The notes below the pieces were generated by a model. It was not told the DNA's origin. It saw nothing but the letters and a program-made list of their open reading frames with translations, and made no database searches. DNA of 64,000 bases from Arcicella sp. Its GTDB lineage: Bacteria; Bacteroidota; Bacteroidia; Cytophagales; Spirosomataceae. The translations under genes were made by a program, and so were the position numbers. The stretch spans positions 5,802 to 69,801 of the forward strand of contig JAYVIV010000136.1 of NCBI GenBank assembly GCA_043769985.1, given 5' to 3'. This document shows, piece after piece, positions 28,603 through 38,770 of the stretch. How positions within the stretch are numbered: the stretch's first letter is position 1; every line of letters starts with the position of its first letter.

Positions 28603-28640
28603 AAAAAAGCCGTCTCATTTGTTGTTGGGACGGCTTTTTT
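28603..28640. terminator. Bidirectional intrinsic terminator
   Basis: AAAAAAGCCGTCTCA-loop-TGGGACGGCTTTTTT between convergent genes. Confidence 0.75.
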
Positions 28641-28862
28641 AGTTTATCCAATCGAAAGAAACTTTATCAAATTCTGGATTTATACTTTCGTTTAATCTAT
28701 GATTATTGACATTTTTACGATTCACATTTCGTTTGTTCTGAAAATCTCTCCAACTGTTTTGTTGAAAAATTGCTCGGTGTTGTTTCATGTTTTTGATGTA
28801 AAATTACTACCAACATAACAACACATGATAAACGGATTGTTATTAAAATGTAAAGAAAATCT

Positions 28863-31781
28863 TTAATCCTTCTTCACCACCTTCCCAAGCAATTTTCCAC
28901 CATTTTCCATTATAATTGATAACAAAAATACGCCATTTTGGAACGTTGAAACATCAAAATCAAAACGATTTAATCCTTGATTTAAGTAAATATTTTCAGT
29001 CTTTAAAACCTGTCCGTTAAGGTTTACAAACCTGAAAGTACTTGACTGGTCTGCCGTGGAGTAAACTTCAACCTTGAATTTGCCATCATTCGGATTGGGA
29101 TAAAGCGTTATTTCTTTGTCGAAATCATTCTGATTGATGCACAAATCTGATTCTTGGCATATTTGTTTTTCTTGACAACTCAACACAAACGTTTCAGATT
29201 CTGCCAATGGAGTAATTGTATTGCCATATCTTACCGTCAATCTTCTTGATTTCCCGTCCTTATACAACGCATACGCACTGGCAGGAATATCAAAACAAAA
29301 GGCTTTGTAAAATAGTCTTTCAGTTCCCAACGTATTAACTAAATCAAAGCGATAACCTCGATTAGCTTGCGTAGAGCCTATTTTTTGCTTATCTAAATAA
29401 AAATCTACCGTTAAAATATCATCGTAATTATCAGCATTAAACGCCCAGCCTTTCACAGAACAACAGTTGGCTTTTTCAACTAATCCACGGTAAGACAAAA
29501 ATGCTACTGGACCTTTTATTGGGTCAATTATAATTGGATTGTTACTGCAATCTGTACACTTCTCCCCTACTCCTTTTTGGGTAATGAAAATGGTTTTTGT
29601 AATGCCTTCGCCCGTGACTGTAACTTTTCCAGTACGAGTATCTTTTTCGGAAGAAGCCACTATTTTTAATCGAAACGTTTTATCGAAAGAACCTGTATCT
29701 GCACTGACAGTCAACCAATTAGCTGATTTATCTACTTTCCATTTCAGATTTGAACTTACTGAAACTTCATATTCTGCCCCCGTCGGAAAAACGTTAGCCA
29801 ATGAATCGGGCGAAATACCTAATCTAAACTTAACCCCACAAATTCCCGAACCACTACCCGAACAACGTAAGGTTTTTTCAGCTTCAGTTAAAGGTTCTAA
29901 AACTTTATTTGTTCCGCCAAATCTTACTGAAACCTTGTGTCGAAGACTACTTTTAAACCAAGCTGAATCTGGCAAAACATATCTGAAAGAACGAAAATAG
30001 GCTTTTGAACCTTGGTAAGTCGTTACCAAATCTGGGCGATTTCCCAAATTTGCTTGAGTCGTTCCAATTTTAATATCATCTACGTAAATATCCACAGTAA
30101 GGATACTTTCAACGTTTTTAGTATCCAAAGCCCAACCCGTAATTTCTTGACAATCAACACTTTCCACGCCTCCACGATAAGATTCAATGGCATTGGGCAA
30201 GGTTTGTAATTTTTGACAATCACTATTATACGTATCCTTAAAATTAGGAATTGAACCACAAGTTGAATAGTCAGTCAAGGGTTGATTATAGCGAATATCA
30301 GTCGTGTATTCTTCGTTCAAAAACATTCGCACGGGTTTGTTTCCATTGCCGTCAAATACACTTCGCCAATTTTTATAGAGTTTACAATTATTAGCTACAT
30401 TGGTTCGGTCTGATGTATTGCAGCCATCATTCGTGAGCATATCATCAACGCTGTAAAGTGCTGAACCACAGGTTTCAATGGGTTTCATAATGCCATTTGT
30501 GCCTTTTATGTATTTATTTACGACTTCCACGAGCATTTTTCTTTGAGCACCATCATCTAAATCATAATTGAAAGCACTCATCAATTTTGCCCCGTGCGTA
30601 TAACATTCTTCAAATTGGTCTTGGGTTGCGTAAGGTCCTTCGGCTTCATTCATAATCCACTTATCGGGCAAATTGGTTCGGCACATATCTGTAACCATTC
30701 GGTGGTCCGTTTGAGGTCCATTGTTTACTTTTATGCCGTCCGTTCCCTCGCCAATGTCCTTAAATCCATAATTACCGATGCGGGTTTCCAACAAAGAACC
30801 GTAGTCATTTACGACCTTAATTCTCGCATCGATTCCCTTCACGGTTTTCACAAAATTCATCGAAAAATTCTTTAATGAATTATGCCTAAATTGATACCAG
30901 TCTTGGGTGTGTTTTCCGTTGGTAATAAAGACTCCGTACGAAAATGAGCCAGCTGGTGCAGTAGGTTCAATTGCATCAAAACCATTAAAATCCTTCCCTC
31001 GATTCCCCCACGCCAATTGCAATTTCTTGAAATCATTTTTGTATTTTTCCTTCAAAAACTCCCTAAAACCTTGAATCGCAACTGGCGAATAATCAAAAAG
31101 AGCATTGAAACCACCGTCTGAACCTTTTGTAGTTTTATACGGAAATCCAAATTCTTGCTCAGGCGTTGTGACCACGCTCATGTAAAGCAACTCATTTTTA
31201 TCCAATAAATATTTATACCGATTAGTCACTAAACGTACAAAATTTTGAGTACGTTCTTGAAAGGGTTTTGAAGCAAAACTATAATTAAGAACGTGCCCAC
31301 AATCATCTATTAAATCACAATCTTTATATCCCGTAGCCTGTTGTTGAAGTCGTTTATTTTTACCCGAAACATCGTATCCAACCATTCTGTCTGCATTTGA
31401 AAGCCCATCGCAGGATGCAATCGTATTGTCCTCTGGACCACCAATAACTTTCGTGTTGCACCAGGTGTACATACACACACGTAAACAAATTTTCATTCCT
31501 TTGCTTCTTGCGGCTTGAATTTGTAGGTCATATTGCTCCCAAGGATTAGCAGCATTAACTTTAAATTGATAAATCACATCCCATCGAACGGTAATTATCA
31601 CCGCATTCATCCCAATATCAGCAGCTTTTTGGATTTGTTCGAGTTGATTATCTCTGTAATTCACATTCACCAACGATAAAGCCATGTACCGTTGATTATC
31701 TTGAGCATGTATAGAAAAAGCCGTCGAGAATATGATACAGAGTGTCGAGAATATAAGGGAGTAAGTAAAATGTCTTTGCAT
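28863..31781 (-). CDS. T9SS-secreted putative glycoside hydrolase (TIM barrel, two Ig-like repeats, BACON domain, CTD)
   Basis: Signal peptide, WYQFR, NEAEG, duplicated GWA...TVD.Y.D...IG.TQAN module, SNLKWKV BACON-like stretch, LYPNPNDG CTD. Confidence 0.6.
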   Translation of the reverse strand: MQRHFTYSLIFSTLCIIFSTAFSIHAQDNQRYMALSLVNVNYRDNQLEQIQKAADIGMNAVIITVRWDVIYQFKVNAANPWEQYDLQIQAARSKGMKICLRVCMYTWCNTKVIGGPEDNTIASCDGLSNADRMVGYDVSGKNKRLQQQATGYKDCDLIDDCGHVLNYSFASKPFQERTQNFVRLVTNRYKYLLDKNELLYMSVVTTPEQEFGFPYKTTKGSDGGFNALFDYSPVAIQGFREFLKEKYKNDFKKLQLAWGNRGKDFNGFDAIEPTAPAGSFSYGVFITNGKHTQDWYQFRHNSLKNFSMNFVKTVKGIDARIKVVNDYGSLLETRIGNYGFKDIGEGTDGIKVNNGPQTDHRMVTDMCRTNLPDKWIMNEAEGPYATQDQFEECYTHGAKLMSAFNYDLDDGAQRKMLVEVVNKYIKGTNGIMKPIETCGSALYSVDDMLTNDGCNTSDRTNVANNCKLYKNWRSVFDGNGNKPVRMFLNEEYTTDIRYNQPLTDYSTCGSIPNFKDTYNSDCQKLQTLPNAIESYRGGVESVDCQEITGWALDTKNVESILTVDIYVDDIKIGTTQANLGNRPDLVTTYQGSKAYFRSFRYVLPDSAWFKSSLRHKVSVRFGGTNKVLEPLTEAEKTLRCSGSGSGICGVKFRLGISPDSLANVFPTGAEYEVSVSSNLKWKVDKSANWLTVSADTGSFDKTFRLKIVASSEKDTRTGKVTVTGEGITKTIFITQKGVGEKCTDCSNNPIIIDPIKGPVAFLSYRGLVEKANCCSVKGWAFNADNYDDILTVDFYLDKQKIGSTQANRGYRFDLVNTLGTERLFYKAFCFDIPASAYALYKDGKSRRLTVRYGNTITPLAESETFVLSCQEKQICQESDLCINQNDFDKEITLYPNPNDGKFKVEVYSTADQSSTFRFVNLNGQVLKTENIYLNQGLNRFDFDVSTFQNGVFLLSIIMENGGKLLGKVVKKD

Positions 31782-31869
31782 AAGCGGGAATAGGTTTTTA
31801 ATTTCAACGAAAAATTTACGAAGAAGTTATGAAATACTTATCGAAAATGAGTAAAACAATTCATTTCGT

Positions 31870-31877
31870 TACCTTTG
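31870..31877 (+). promoter_or_regulatory. Bacteroidota -7 promoter box upstream of GH3
   Basis: TACCTTTG about 55 nt before the ATG. Confidence 0.55.
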
Positions 31878-31930
31878 CATTAATAATAATATCAGGATTC
31901 CTGATAAACTAAAACCAACAAAATTATCCA

Positions 31931-34246
31931 ATGAAAAAATTACTGTTGTTGTGCCTTGTATGCTTGTATATATTACCCGCTAACGCTCAGAAAAAATGGT
32001 CAGAAACGCAAGTTGATGGCAATAATATTATCAAAAATAAAGGTGGACAAACCTTGGGTTACTCCCCAAAATCTGGTATTAAAATACTAACATTTAATGG
32101 ATTAGCTTTCAAAGATTTGAATAAAAATGGCAAATTAGACAAATATGAAGATTGGCGTTTACCCGTTGATGTCCGAGCCAAAGATTTAGCTTCAAAATTG
32201 AGTATTGAACAAATTGCAGGCTTGATGCTTTATTCTTCGCATCAGTCGCTTCCTGCCCGTTCGGGAGGATATTTTGCAGGGACTTATAACGGAAAACCTT
32301 TCAAAGAAGGCGAAACAGACCCTTCGGATTTAACCGACCAACAAAAGACATTTCTGAAAGATGACAACCTTCGTCATGTTTTATTGACAACCGTAAAAAC
32401 ACCCGAAATTGCGGCCCAATGGAACAATAAATTACAAGCTTTCTGCGAAAGTGTGGGTATGGGAATTCCTGCCAATAACAGCACTGACCCACGACATGGC
32501 ACAAAAGCACGTGCAGAATTCGATGCGGCAGCGGGTGGAGAGATTTCAATGTGGCCAAGTTCTCTGGGAATGGCAGCAACTTTTGAGCCTTCATTAGTGG
32601 AAAAATTTGGAAAAGTTGCAGCGGCAGAATACCGTGCTTTGGGTATCACAACTGCCCTTTCGCCGCAAGTAGATATTGCCACAGAACCTCGTTGGGGACG
32701 TTTTAATGGCACTTTCGGTGAAAGCCCTCAGCTTTCAGCGGCAATGGCACAAGCATATTGCAATGGTTTTCAGACTTCATTAGGAAAGAATGAAATCGCC
32801 AACGGTTGGGGTTTCGGAAGCGTCAATGCAATGGTGAAACATTGGCCTGGCGGTGGTGCGGGTGAGGCTGGGCGTGATGCACATTATGCCAACGGAAAGT
32901 TTGCAGTTTATCCAGGCAATAATTTTGATGCTCATTTAATTCCTTTCATTAACGGAGCGTTCAAATTGAAGGGTAAAACTTCGATGGCTTCTGCCGTGAT
33001 GCCTTATTATACAATTTCGTGGAATCAAGATAAAAAGAACGGGGAGAACGTTGCCAACAATTATAACAAATTCATTATCAACGACTTACTCAGAACAAAA
33101 TACGGTTATGATGGCGTAGTGTGTACGGATTGGCTCGTAACGGGAGACCACAAAGCAATGGACAATTTCGTAGATGGGAAATCTTGGGGCGTTGAAAGTC
33201 TCACAATTGCTGAACGTCATTACAAAGTTTTGATGGCGGGTGTTGATCAATTTGGTGGAAATAATGATGCAAAACCCGTTTTAGAAGCCTATCAAATGGG
33301 TATCAAAGAAATGGGAGAAGCTAAAATGCGAGCAAGAATGGAGCAATCGGCAGTTCGTTTGTTGCGTAATATTTTCAGAGTGGGCGTTTTTGAAAACCCG
33401 TATTTGGAAGTAGCTTCAACTAAGAAAATAGTCGGCAATCCTGCTTATATGAAAGATGGTTATGAGGCTCAGTTAAAGTCGGTTGTGTTGTTGAAAAACC
33501 AAAATAATACCTTGCCAATTGTCAAAACAAAAACGGTTTATGTACCAAAACGTTTTACGCCAGCAAGTCGTAATTTCTTGGGAATGGAAACGCCCGCTTC
33601 GACAGATTATCCAATAAATATGGCTATTGTTAAAAAATATTTTAACGTTACCGATAATCCAAATGAAGCAGATTTTGCCTTAGTTTTCATCCAAAATCCA
33701 AGTGCTACAATTGGTTATGACAAAGAGGATTTGAAGAATGGTGGAAACGGATACATACCCATAAGCCTTCAATACGGTGATTACACCGCAACTGATGCCC
33801 GTGAAACAAGTATTGCAGGAGGCGACCCAATGGAAAAATCAGCGAATCGTTCTTATAAAAATAAAGTAGCGAAAACTTCCAATATTACGGATTTGAAATT
33901 GGTTTTAGATACGAAAGAAGCCATGAAGGGCAAGCCAGTAATTGTGTCTGTAAATACGATTAATCCCATGATTTTCTCGGAATTCGAGAAAGAATCAACA
34001 GCAATTTTGTTGAGTTTTGGCGTACAAGATCAAGCACTTTTAGAAACGATTGCGGGTAAATCGGAGCCGTCGGCTTTATTACCTATGCAAATGCCCGCCA
34101 ATATGTCAATCGTAGAAAAACAAGCCGAAGATTTACCTTACGATATGGAATGTCATAAAGATTCGGAGGGACATATTTATGATTTTGGTTTTGGGATGAA
34201 TTGGAAAGGGGTGATTAAGGATATGAGGGTTACGAAGTTTAAATAA
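31931..34246 (+). CDS. Glycoside hydrolase family 3 (beta-glucosidase/xylosidase)
   Basis: STDPRH, ALSPQVD, KHWPGGG, VMPYY, VCTDW, SVVLLKN. Confidence 0.92.
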   Translation: MKKLLLLCLVCLYILPANAQKKWSETQVDGNNIIKNKGGQTLGYSPKSGIKILTFNGLAFKDLNKNGKLDKYEDWRLPVDVRAKDLASKLSIEQIAGLMLYSSHQSLPARSGGYFAGTYNGKPFKEGETDPSDLTDQQKTFLKDDNLRHVLLTTVKTPEIAAQWNNKLQAFCESVGMGIPANNSTDPRHGTKARAEFDAAAGGEISMWPSSLGMAATFEPSLVEKFGKVAAAEYRALGITTALSPQVDIATEPRWGRFNGTFGESPQLSAAMAQAYCNGFQTSLGKNEIANGWGFGSVNAMVKHWPGGGAGEAGRDAHYANGKFAVYPGNNFDAHLIPFINGAFKLKGKTSMASAVMPYYTISWNQDKKNGENVANNYNKFIINDLLRTKYGYDGVVCTDWLVTGDHKAMDNFVDGKSWGVESLTIAERHYKVLMAGVDQFGGNNDAKPVLEAYQMGIKEMGEAKMRARMEQSAVRLLRNIFRVGVFENPYLEVASTKKIVGNPAYMKDGYEAQLKSVVLLKNQNNTLPIVKTKTVYVPKRFTPASRNFLGMETPASTDYPINMAIVKKYFNVTDNPNEADFALVFIQNPSATIGYDKEDLKNGGNGYIPISLQYGDYTATDARETSIAGGDPMEKSANRSYKNKVAKTSNITDLKLVLDTKEAMKGKPVIVSVNTINPMIFSEFEKESTAILLSFGVQDQALLETIAGKSEPSALLPMQMPANMSIVEKQAEDLPYDMECHKDSEGHIYDFGFGMNWKGVIKDMRVTKFK

Positions 34247-34290
34247 ATTCAAATTTCATTTTTCATTACATTTTTCAGATTTGTACAAAA

Positions 34291-34405
34291 TCCCGTAGGG
34301 ATGACCGATATATTAGCAACCGGTTTCAACCCGTTGAAAGTGAGATAATTGATTTCTGCCAACGGGTTAAAACCCGTTACTAATATGTCGGTCGTTCCTA
34401 CGGGA
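34291..34405. repeat. 115-bp REPIN-like inverted element (CCCGTAGGGATG...GTTCCTACGGG)
   Basis: 46-bp imperfect arms between the GH3 and esterase genes. Confidence 0.85.
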
Positions 34406-34461
34406 CTAATATAGTTGGTTAAAACAAATACATTCCTACTTATAAACTAAAAAAACAAACC

Positions 34462-36069
34462 ATGAAAAAAACATCATTTCTCCTACTAACAACAGCTTTT
34501 TGCTGTTTACAGAAACCCATCTTCGCCCAAATACAATCTGGCGAAAACGTGGCAGTTACCAATACCGAATCAGGTAAAGTTCGTGGATATATTCACAATG
34601 CCATCTTCACGTACAAGGGTATTCCGTACGCAGAGGCAAAGCGTTTTATGTCTCCCGAAAAACCAAAACCTTGGTCTATTGTGCGTCCTTCATTGGTTTA
34701 CGGACCCGTTGCTCCCCTACTCGACCCAACCACAAGCGTACAGGATGAGGGCGAATTCATTTTTCATCACGATTGGGGATTCACCAACGAAGATTGTATG
34801 CGTTTGAACGTTTGGACTCCCAATATCAACGATGGCAAAAAACGCCCTGTCATGTTCTGGATTCACGGTGGCGGATTTGTGGCAGGTTCTTCACAAGAAT
34901 TACCTGCGTATGATGGTGAAAGTTTGGCAAAGAAAGGGGATGTTGTGGTCGTATCCATAAATCACCGTTTGAATATTTTGGGGTATTTAGATTTATCGGC
35001 TTATGGTGAAAAATACAAACAATCTGCCAATTTGAGCATTTTAGACATGAAAGTAGCTTTGGAATGGGTGAAAGCAAATATCGAAAACTTTGGCGGTGAC
35101 CCAAACAATATCACGATTTTTGGACAATCGGGTGGTGGTGCAAAGGTGAATACTTTAATGGCAATGCCGTCTGCAAAAGGACTTTTTCATAAGGCAATCA
35201 ATCAAAGTGGCTCGTTCAGAGCTGCCATGTTAGAGAAAATTGATACGCAATTAATTGCTTCCGAAGTTTTGAAAGCCCTTGATTTACAACCAACTCAAAT
35301 AGACGAAATTCAGAAAATACCTTTTGAAAAATTGAGTATGGCAGGTAAAAAAGCCCTCAAAATTGTTGCCAATAAAATGAAAGCCGAAGGAAAACCTATG
35401 ATCGGTTTTGGATTAAGTTGGGGACCAAGTCGTGATGGAGAAGTTTTACCTTATCAATTATTCTCAAACGAAGCTTTTGAAATGTCTAAAAACATTCCCC
35501 TATTAATTGGTACTACAAAAAATGAGTTTACACCCTTTGCGGGTATGGCAACATTTAATAGCACGCAAGAACAAGCAATGGAAATTCTTAAAAAGAAGTA
35601 TAATACAAAAACAGATGTCTATTTAGAAGCCGTCGAGAAGGCGTATCCTAATCATACAAAACCATCTGATTTATTGGATATTGATTTTTCATTCAGACCA
35701 GGAGCAGTTGTTCAAGCAAACCAAAAATCAGCTTTGAGTGGTGGTGCGGCAACTTATATGTACTTATTCACGTGGCAATCACCTGTTTTGGATGGTAAAT
35801 TTAAGGCGGTTCATTGCATGGAATTACCTTTCGTTTTCAACAATATCACTCGTTGCGAAGAAATGACTGGCGGTGGAAAAGAGGCTTACGTTTTAGCCGA
35901 TAAGATGAGTCAATCATGGATAAATTTTGCCAAGACGGGCAACCCAAGTCATGCGGGATTACCAAAATGGGAAGCGTATAATGCAACTAAAGGCACAACG
36001 ATGTTTTTTGATAATACTTGTGAAGTAAAATACAATCACGATGCAGCATTGTTGGAATTTGGAAAGTAA
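34462..36069 (+). CDS. Type B carboxylesterase/lipase
   Basis: YKGIPYA, EDCMRLNVWTP, WIHGGG, FGQSGGG, HCMEL. Confidence 0.92.
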   Translation: MKKTSFLLLTTAFCCLQKPIFAQIQSGENVAVTNTESGKVRGYIHNAIFTYKGIPYAEAKRFMSPEKPKPWSIVRPSLVYGPVAPLLDPTTSVQDEGEFIFHHDWGFTNEDCMRLNVWTPNINDGKKRPVMFWIHGGGFVAGSSQELPAYDGESLAKKGDVVVVSINHRLNILGYLDLSAYGEKYKQSANLSILDMKVALEWVKANIENFGGDPNNITIFGQSGGGAKVNTLMAMPSAKGLFHKAINQSGSFRAAMLEKIDTQLIASEVLKALDLQPTQIDEIQKIPFEKLSMAGKKALKIVANKMKAEGKPMIGFGLSWGPSRDGEVLPYQLFSNEAFEMSKNIPLLIGTTKNEFTPFAGMATFNSTQEQAMEILKKKYNTKTDVYLEAVEKAYPNHTKPSDLLDIDFSFRPGAVVQANQKSALSGGAATYMYLFTWQSPVLDGKFKAVHCMELPFVFNNITRCEEMTGGGKEAYVLADKMSQSWINFAKTGNPSHAGLPKWEAYNATKGTTMFFDNTCEVKYNHDAALLEFGK

Positions 36070-36086
36070 AATGAATTACATTTAAA

Positions 36087-36128
36087 ACAAAAATACTCGC
36101 TCAAAATTTGAGCGAGTATTTTTTGTTT
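36087..36128. terminator. Bidirectional intrinsic terminator
   Basis: AAAAATACTCGCTCAAA-A-TTTGAGCGAGTATTTTTT between convergent esterase and rpmA. Confidence 0.75.
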
Positions 36129-36184
36129 TTATTATGAGTGATTCACTCATTTTACACTACCACTATGTTTAAAACATAAATGAA

Positions 36185-36604
36185 TTAGATTGAATCTTCT
36201 GAAGTATCTTCTTTCTTAGCTTTTTTTACTTTTTTCACTGGAGCTTCTTCAACAGCCTCAGCTACTGGAGCAACAACCTCAGCAACTACTGGAGCTGGAG
36301 CAACTTCCGCTTTTGCTTCTTTGACAGGAGCATCAACAATTACAGCACCACCCAAAGGAAGGATTTCAACGTATGAACGTCCTTTAAACCCTTTTTTGAA
36401 ATGAACTGTTCCATCAACTAAGGCGAACAATGTATGATCTTTTCCAAGACCAACACCAACACCTGGGTTGTGGGCAGTACCTCTCTGACGTACTAAAATA
36501 TTGCCTGCAATTGCTGGCTGACCTCCGAATATTTTTACACCGAGGCGTTTACTATGTGATTCACGGCCGTTCTTAGAACTACCCGCACCTTTCTTATGTG
36601 CCAT
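36185..36604 (-). CDS. rpmA: 50S ribosomal protein L27 with long C-terminal extension
   Basis: [24 protein letters not shown]...GKDHTLFAL. Confidence 0.97.
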   Translation of the reverse strand: MAHKKGAGSSKNGRESHSKRLGVKIFGGQPAIAGNILVRQRGTAHNPGVGVGLGKDHTLFALVDGTVHFKKGFKGRSYVEILPLGGAVIVDAPVKEAKAEVAPAPVVAEVVAPVAEAVEEAPVKKVKKAKKEDTSEDSI

Positions 36605-36722
36605 TTCTTAGTAAGATTTTTATCAGCTATAAATTTCAAGTAGCAAGTAATAAGTAGTAAGTGATAAGTCTTAAAAACTCATTGCACTAAGTAACTCATA
36701 ACTCATAACTCATAACTTATAA

Positions 36723-37034
36723 CTATAATGTGATTCCTTCGATTAATACTTTTGTAAAATTTTGACGGTGTCCGTTTTGCTTTTGATAGCCTTTACGACG
36801 TTTCTTTTTGAAAACCAGAACCTTCTCTCCACGAACGTGAGCTAAAATTTTACCTGATACTGTTGCACCTGCTACGGTTGGGAGACCTACTTGAATGTCC
36901 CCGTCATTATCGACAAGAAGAACCTTATCGAAAACCAGTGCAGCGCCTTCCTCGCCCGCCAAACGGTGGGTGTAGAGGAAACGGTCTTTCTCAACTTTAA
37001 ATTGCTGACCAGCGATTTCTACGATTGCGTACAT
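36723..37034 (-). CDS. rplU: 50S ribosomal protein L21
   Basis: MYAIVEIAGQQFKVE, KKKRRKGY, GHRQ; start trimmed from 37073. Confidence 0.97.
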   Translation of the reverse strand: MYAIVEIAGQQFKVEKDRFLYTHRLAGEEGAALVFDKVLLVDNDGDIQVGLPTVAGATVSGKILAHVRGEKVLVFKKKRRKGYQKQNGHRQNFTKVLIEGITL

Positions 37035-37070
37035 TTGAAAATGTTTAAATATGAATTTTAAATTGGGTTG

Positions 37071-37078
37071 CAAAGGTA
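37071..37078 (-). promoter_or_regulatory. Bacteroidota -7 promoter box for rplU-rpmA
   Basis: CAAAGGTA on the + strand reads TACCTTTG on the - strand. Confidence 0.65.
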
Positions 37079-37344
37079 CGGGTTTTGTTTTGAAATCTGA
37101 AAAGAAAGCATTACTTTTATTTAAGAGTTTAAGTATTTTATATATCCATAACGCATTGTTTGATAATGAGTTAGGAGAATAAAGTGAAAATAAAATCGTT
37201 TTGAGGCAGTAAGAAGTTTTTAGTTTGCAATAGGCAGTTAAAAAATATCTCTTATTTGTTTTATTTTATTTACTGCTAACAGAATACTAAATTTTACTGC
37301 CAACTCATTACCAGATTTATTTCTAAATTCTAAAACAAACTCCA

Positions 37345-37860
37345 ATGTTTCTCAAACGAAGTGCTTTAATATTTATAATTGGGCTTTATTTGTCTGTATT
37401 TCAAGCATTTAGCCAATCAGGAAGTGTGCGTGTGATTAAATTTGAGGATTTGCAGAAGCAAATAAATAAGGTTTCGGACACGACTTTGGTAGTACATTTT
37501 TGGGCAACTTGGTGTAAGCCTTGCATTGAAGAATTACCGAATTATGAAAAACTGAGTCAGGAATTTATTAAGAAGAAAATTCGTTTTGTATTAGTAAGCA
37601 TGGATTTCCCGAAAGACTTGAAGGATAAAGTTGAGCCTTTCATCGCAAAAAATAATATAAATTCGGAAGTGGTTTTATTGGACGAACCCGATTATAATGC
37701 TTGGATTGATGAAATTGATAAAGATTGGTCAGGAACAATTCCTGCCACTTTAATGGTGAACTTAACGATGAGAAAACGAATTTTCTTTGAAGGGCAAGCC
37801 AAGATGGATAAGTTTTTGGAAGAATTAAAGGAAATGACTCCTGCGGTGGGAGCTAATTAG
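37345..37860 (+). CDS. TlpA-like thioredoxin-fold protein
   Basis: FWATWCKPC, WSGTIPAT. Confidence 0.85.
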   Translation: MFLKRSALIFIIGLYLSVFQAFSQSGSVRVIKFEDLQKQINKVSDTTLVVHFWATWCKPCIEELPNYEKLSQEFIKKKIRFVLVSMDFPKDLKDKVEPFIAKNNINSEVVLLDEPDYNAWIDEIDKDWSGTIPATLMVNLTMRKRIFFEGQAKMDKFLEELKEMTPAVGAN

Positions 37861-37934
37861 TTGTGATTTAGTGAATTGTGATTGGTGATTAAATTCTCCA
37901 CGCAATTTTTAAATCACAACTCACTAAATCACAA
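37861..37934. repeat. Inverted heptamer array (TTGTGAT / ATCACAA)
   Basis: 23-bp arms, 22/23 complementary. Confidence 0.8.
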
Positions 37935-37957
37935 ATTGTAAAAATTTAATAATTAAA

Positions 37958-38611
37958 ATGAAAAAGGTCATGAAAAAAATATACATTTTGAGTTCTGTGG
38001 GCGTATTGCTAATGGGACTTACGGTTATATTTGCTTTTAAGAATAGTGCTGATGTAATCGTAGATAAAGGTTATGCCATTGGCGACGTCGTCAATGATTT
38101 CAAACTTAGAAGTACGTCAGGTGGCGTTACTTCCATGGCTGAAAATCGTTCTGCTAAGGGATATGTCATTGTTTTTACGTGTAATCACTGTCCATTTTCA
38201 AAGGCTTATGAGAGTAGAATCATGGCCTTGGATAAAAAATATGCTTCACAGGGTTATCCAGTTTTAGCGATAAATCCCAACGACCCTGCGGCTTATGAAG
38301 AAGATACTTTCGAGAATATGCAAGCTGTTGCGAAGTCAAAAGGTTATACTTTTGAATATTTACAAGATGAAACACAATCAGTTGCTCGTGCATTTGGGGC
38401 TGCCCGCACGCCTTCTGCCTACGTAGTGAAGCGTGAAGGAGACAAGTTTATCATGCAGTATATCGGTGGAATTGATGATAATACGCAAGATGCCAATGGT
38501 GTAACAAAACGTTATATTGAAGACGCTGTAAATAGCCTTTTAGCAGGCAAGCCCGTAGTCGTAAACCTCACAAAATCAGTGGGTTGTGCGATTAAATGGA
38601 AGGGGGTTTGA
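37958..38611 (+). CDS. Thioredoxin/peroxiredoxin-like (AhpC-TSA) protein
   Basis: FTCNHCPF, INPND, ARTP, GCAIKW. Confidence 0.85.
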   Translation: MKKVMKKIYILSSVGVLLMGLTVIFAFKNSADVIVDKGYAIGDVVNDFKLRSTSGGVTSMAENRSAKGYVIVFTCNHCPFSKAYESRIMALDKKYASQGYPVLAINPNDPAAYEEDTFENMQAVAKSKGYTFEYLQDETQSVARAFGAARTPSAYVVKREGDKFIMQYIGGIDDNTQDANGVTKRYIEDAVNSLLAGKPVVVNLTKSVGCAIKWKGV

Positions 38612-38631
38612 GTTTGAGACTATAATCGTAA

Positions 38632-38735
38632 AAAGTTAGACCACGGACAACTCAGATTAAACAGATTTACACGGATTATTTTTAATTTTATCCGTGTAAA
38701 TCTGTTTAATCCCTAAAATCCGTGGTCTATTTTCG
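38632..38735. repeat. GACCACGGA...TCCGTGGTC inverted element, copy 1
   Basis: Inner 22-bp perfect IR; termini identical to the copy at 49617. Confidence 0.85.
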
Positions 38736-38770
38736 TCTTGCGATAAACCTTTTATCATTTTAATCCGTTT

